Assembly: GCA_900767405.1 (NCBI GenBank)
Contig: CAAFZB010000006.1
Coordinates: 1 to 37,105 of the forward strand
DNA: 37,105 nt
Reading direction: 5' to 3'
DNA from: Rikenellaceae bacterium
Lineage (GTDB): Bacteria > Bacteroidota > Bacteroidia > Bacteroidales > UBA932
Part shown: piece by piece, positions 34,315 to 37,105 of the stretch
Layout: the number at the start of each line of letters is the position of its first letter
Position numbering within the stretch: position 1 is the stretch's first letter
The notes under the pieces: generated by a model
Seen by the model: the letters and a program-made list of their open reading frames with translations, nothing else
Told to the model about the DNA's origin: nothing
The model's database searches: none
Position numbers and translations under genes: made by a program

Positions 34315-35184
34315 ATGAGAATACCGGAATCAGAACTGATAATCAATTCGGACGGAAGCGCATTCCATATTCATATGCGCCCTTGTGACCTTGCCTCAAC
34401 CGTAATCCTTGTAGGGGATCCGGGAAGGGTTGCAATGTTCCGTTCCAGGCTGTCCGCCGTCAAGAGCGAAGGAGCTTCCCGTGAGTTCGTTTGGGTTACA
34501 GGAAGTTATGGTGGCAAAGACGTTACCGTACTTTCTACAGGCATAGGGCCCGACAATATAGATATCGTAATGACCGAATTGGATGCCCTGGCCAATATCG
34601 ACTTCGAGACAAGGGAAGAAAAGCCCGAGCACCGTACTCTGCATATCCTTCGGGTCGGAACTTCGGGCGCTGTCCAGCCCGATATTCCTTTGGGAGCATA
34701 TGTCTTCTCCGAGGTGAGCGTCGGATTCGACGGGGTTATGAATTGGTACGAAGGAAGGGAGAAGTTTGCAATGAAGGATTTCGAAGACGCCTTCCTGGGT
34801 CATATCAACTGGAATCCCAATCTCCCCAAACCGTATTTTGTACGTGACAGCCAGTATCTGACAGACTTGTTCAGAGACTGTACCGTCCCGGGTATGACAA
34901 TCTCGGCCCCCGGTTTCTACGGTCCGCAGGGAAGGGTTGTAAGGCAGAAACTTGCAATGCCCGACTTCCTTGAGAAAATAGAAAGTTTCTCGTACAAGGG
35001 GAAAAAGTTCACCAACTTTGAGATGGAAGGGTCTGTGATTGCCGCGATGGGCCGCAAGCTCGGTCACGAAACCGCCACGGTATGCTGTATCATCGCCAAC
35101 CGCTACAATAAGGACGCAAATGTCGATTACAAGCCGATGGTCGACTCCCTTGTAAAACTGGTTCTGGACAGGCTTACGGCTTAG
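34315..35184 (+). CDS. Nucleoside (uridine-type) phosphorylase, PNP/UDP family
   Basis: LVGDPGRV, REF, STGIGPDNIDI, RVGTSG, GFYGPQGR, NFEME, ANR. Confidence 0.9.
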   Translation: MRIPESELIINSDGSAFHIHMRPCDLASTVILVGDPGRVAMFRSRLSAVKSEGASREFVWVTGSYGGKDVTVLSTGIGPDNIDIVMTELDALANIDFETREEKPEHRTLHILRVGTSGAVQPDIPLGAYVFSEVSVGFDGVMNWYEGREKFAMKDFEDAFLGHINWNPNLPKPYFVRDSQYLTDLFRDCTVPGMTISAPGFYGPQGRVVRQKLAMPDFLEKIESFSYKGKKFTNFEMEGSVIAAMGRKLGHETATVCCIIANRYNKDANVDYKPMVDSLVKLVLDRLTA

Positions 35185-35185
35185 C

Positions 35186-36151
35186 CTACTTGTATAATTT
35201 TTTGTAACTTCCCGTGCCCCAGTCCTTTATTGGAATTCTGGAGTCGGTAAGTTCTGTGTCGGATATGACTCTGGCACCGGACATTACGTTCTCTTCTATG
35301 AAGGAAGTGAGCAGGTGGATGTTCTGGAACATTGAGCCGGCGACTTCGTGGCTGTTGCCCAGGTATCTGACAATTCTGTAGTTGTAGCCTTTATCCTTGA
35401 ATGTCCTGGATATGACGTCTGACCCCATAAACCTGAGGTTGAAAAGCGCTATCTGTTTGTAGGGTACAATCTTGTCTGACGTTCCGTGAAGCATCAGGGT
35501 AGGGCAGGGCTCTTTTTCATATTTGAGCGCGCCAACAGTGGAGAAGATGGCTCCCGAGAACGATGCGACTCCCTTGTAATTGAAGTCTTCGGGGAGGATT
35601 TCCGATTTTCCGCTGCGGTTGCAAAGCTCCCATTCTGCCTGCATTACCGCTATGGCGCCGGCAGACGAGCCGCAGATTACCATATTGCCGGCGTCAATCC
35701 CATATTTGTCTCCGTTCCCTATGAGCCAGGCGGTAGCGTTGTAGAGGTCTTCAACTGCAATGTCTATAGAGTACAGCAGTTTCTCTATGAATTCCCTGTT
35801 CAGCCCCGGGTTCTTCATATTTGTGAGTCCCAGCCTGTAGTCTATGGAGATAACGCTGTAGCCTTTTTCGGTCAAAGCCTTGAACCAGGGAGTGTAGCTG
35901 GCCTCGTCACGGGCTCCGCTCATGAATCCGCCCCCGAACATAAACAGAATGGCCGGCTTCCGGGCCCCATCTATCCGGGTGTCGCCGCCCTTTGACGGAT
36001 GATAGATGTCCAGGTAAAGTTCGCAGGTGTCCCGGACAGAATAAAGTATGGTTGCATCTGGCAGAATCACCTTCTTGCTGCCTTCTGCAAATGAGCACAG
36101 GCTGATAAGCGCCGCTGCGGCGCAGATGATTGGACGTTTCATAGTTTTCAT
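35186..36151 (-). CDS. Secreted alpha/beta hydrolase (carboxylesterase-like)
   Basis: Signal peptide, FGGGF oxyanion loop, IDYRL, GSSAG nucleophile, HGTSD..VP, SHE. Confidence 0.88.
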   Translation of the reverse strand: MKTMKRPIICAAAALISLCSFAEGSKKVILPDATILYSVRDTCELYLDIYHPSKGGDTRIDGARKPAILFMFGGGFMSGARDEASYTPWFKALTEKGYSVISIDYRLGLTNMKNPGLNREFIEKLLYSIDIAVEDLYNATAWLIGNGDKYGIDAGNMVICGSSAGAIAVMQAEWELCNRSGKSEILPEDFNYKGVASFSGAIFSTVGALKYEKEPCPTLMLHGTSDKIVPYKQIALFNLRFMGSDVISRTFKDKGYNYRIVRYLGNSHEVAGSMFQNIHLLTSFIEENVMSGARVISDTELTDSRIPIKDWGTGSYKKLYK

Positions 36152-36155
36152 TGTT

Positions 36156-36659
36156 CTAACTGTAGATGTCGGGAGCCTTTATGCTGATTGTCCCCAGCAC
36201 CCTGAGGGAACCGGCTTTCACTTCGGGTTTCGGTTTGCGGGGTATGCTTCCGTCGATACTGTCGAAATCGATACCGTAACTTTCCATAATGGCGCGGCAA
36301 TAGGTATTCTCTGTCTTGCTCAAGGCAAGCAGCAGATGCTCGCTGCGTACGGTGTCGGATTTGAGTCTGGCAGCCTGGGCGATGCATTCGGACAGAGTGC
36401 GGTTGGCTTCGGCGTCAAGGGTGACGTCTTCTTCGTTCCGGTAGGGAATGCTGCGTTCCAGCATTATCCCTCCTTCGACCAACTGTTTGATTTCTTCCTT
36501 GCGGGCTCCAAGGGAACTCAGGATACGGCAGGCCAGATTGTCCGAATGGCGCAGTATGGCAAGGCACAGATGGTCCGGCGTAATGTCATAACTTCCGGTG
36601 CGCATAGCCTCTTCGCGGGCATAGGCGACAATGGTGTTGAGTTCGTCTGAAATCTGCAT
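36156..36659 (-). CDS. Stand-alone Clp N-terminal (Clp repeat) domain protein, no AAA+ module
   Basis: Twin repeats AREEA...ITPDHLCLAIL and AQAARL...VRSEHLLLALS; the ORF stops at 167 aa with no Walker motifs. Confidence 0.85.
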   Translation of the reverse strand: MQISDELNTIVAYAREEAMRTGSYDITPDHLCLAILRHSDNLACRILSSLGARKEEIKQLVEGGIMLERSIPYRNEEDVTLDAEANRTLSECIAQAARLKSDTVRSEHLLLALSKTENTYCRAIMESYGIDFDSIDGSIPRKPKPEVKAGSLRVLGTISIKAPDIYS

Positions 36660-36681
36660 TTTTAGGCTTCTAAAAAGTGTG

Positions 36682-36720
36682 CAAAAGTAAAAAATAAATC
36701 GGATTTTTTTATTATATTTG
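36682..36720. promoter_or_regulatory. Divergent -7 boxes for the Clp-N gene (-) and gyrA (+)
   Basis: Minus strand TACTTTTG at 36682-36689; plus strand TATATTTG at 36713-36720. Confidence 0.6.
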
Positions 36721-36746
36721 CGTGATAATATAAAATGTGATTTTTA

Positions 36747-37105
36747 ATGGAGGAAGAAGTTGTACACGGTTTGATCGAACCGGTTGAGATAGACCAGGAA
36801 ATGCGCTCGGCGTACATTGACTATTCAATGTCTGTGATTGTGTCCCGCGCATTGCCGGACGTAAGGGATGGACTCAAACCTGTCCAGAGGAGGGTGCTTT
36901 TCGGAATGAACGGTCTCGGCCTGAGCTACGGCGGACAGACAAAGAAATCGGCCCGTATCGTAGGTGAGGTCCTTGGTAAGTTCCATCCGCACGGAGACAG
37001 CAGCGTATATGATGCAATGGCCAGGCTTGCGCAGGATTGGAACCAGCGTTATCCGCTCGTGCACGGTCAGGGAAACTTCGGCTCAATGGACGGTGACCCT
37101 GTCGC
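36747..37105 (+). CDS. gyrA: DNA gyrase subunit A, 5' part (runs off the window; absent from the ORF track)
   Basis: Manual translation [49 protein letters not shown]...[26 protein letters not shown]...[11 protein letters not shown]. Confidence 0.95.
   Translation, partial: MEEEVVHGLIEPVEIDQEMRSAYIDYSMSVIVSRALPDVRDGLKPVQRRVLFGMNGLGLSYGGQTKKSARIVGEVLGKFHPHGDSSVYDAMARLAQDWNQRYPLVHGQGNFGSMDGDPV

Overview
A gene-dense stretch of core chromosome, inferred to be from a Bacteroidota (Bacteroidales-type) bacterium from its TAnnTTTG -7 promoter boxes, AT-rich start contexts and Bacteroidota-typical families (DUF4290, DUF4293, bS22). It holds about 38 protein genes, mostly housekeeping: rne/rng, HU, lon, coaD, GH20 hexosaminidase, DJ-1, hslR, alr, lolA, ftsK, apbE, comEC, two glycosyltransferases, ackA, MATE, FKBP, nrnA, rsmD, pta, mazG, tcdA, prfA, fabF, a LytTR regulator, a nucleoside phosphorylase, an esterase and the 5' end of gyrA. 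I see no transposase, integrase, phage gene, rRNA, tRNA or CRISPR-cas locus. The most unusual items are: a stand-alone Clp N-terminal-domain gene divergent from gyrA; a ManA-fold protein that appears to have lost metal ligands and the conserved Arg; a composite palindromic element at 1-214 (REP-like doublet plus a multi-hairpin unit bounded by 22-bp direct repeats); an uncalled 29-aa bS22-like gene in a hup-bS22-rne unit; and compact bidirectional or near-leaderless promoters. All family calls are by motif recognition, with no database search, and I cannot establish a new multi-gene system from this window alone.
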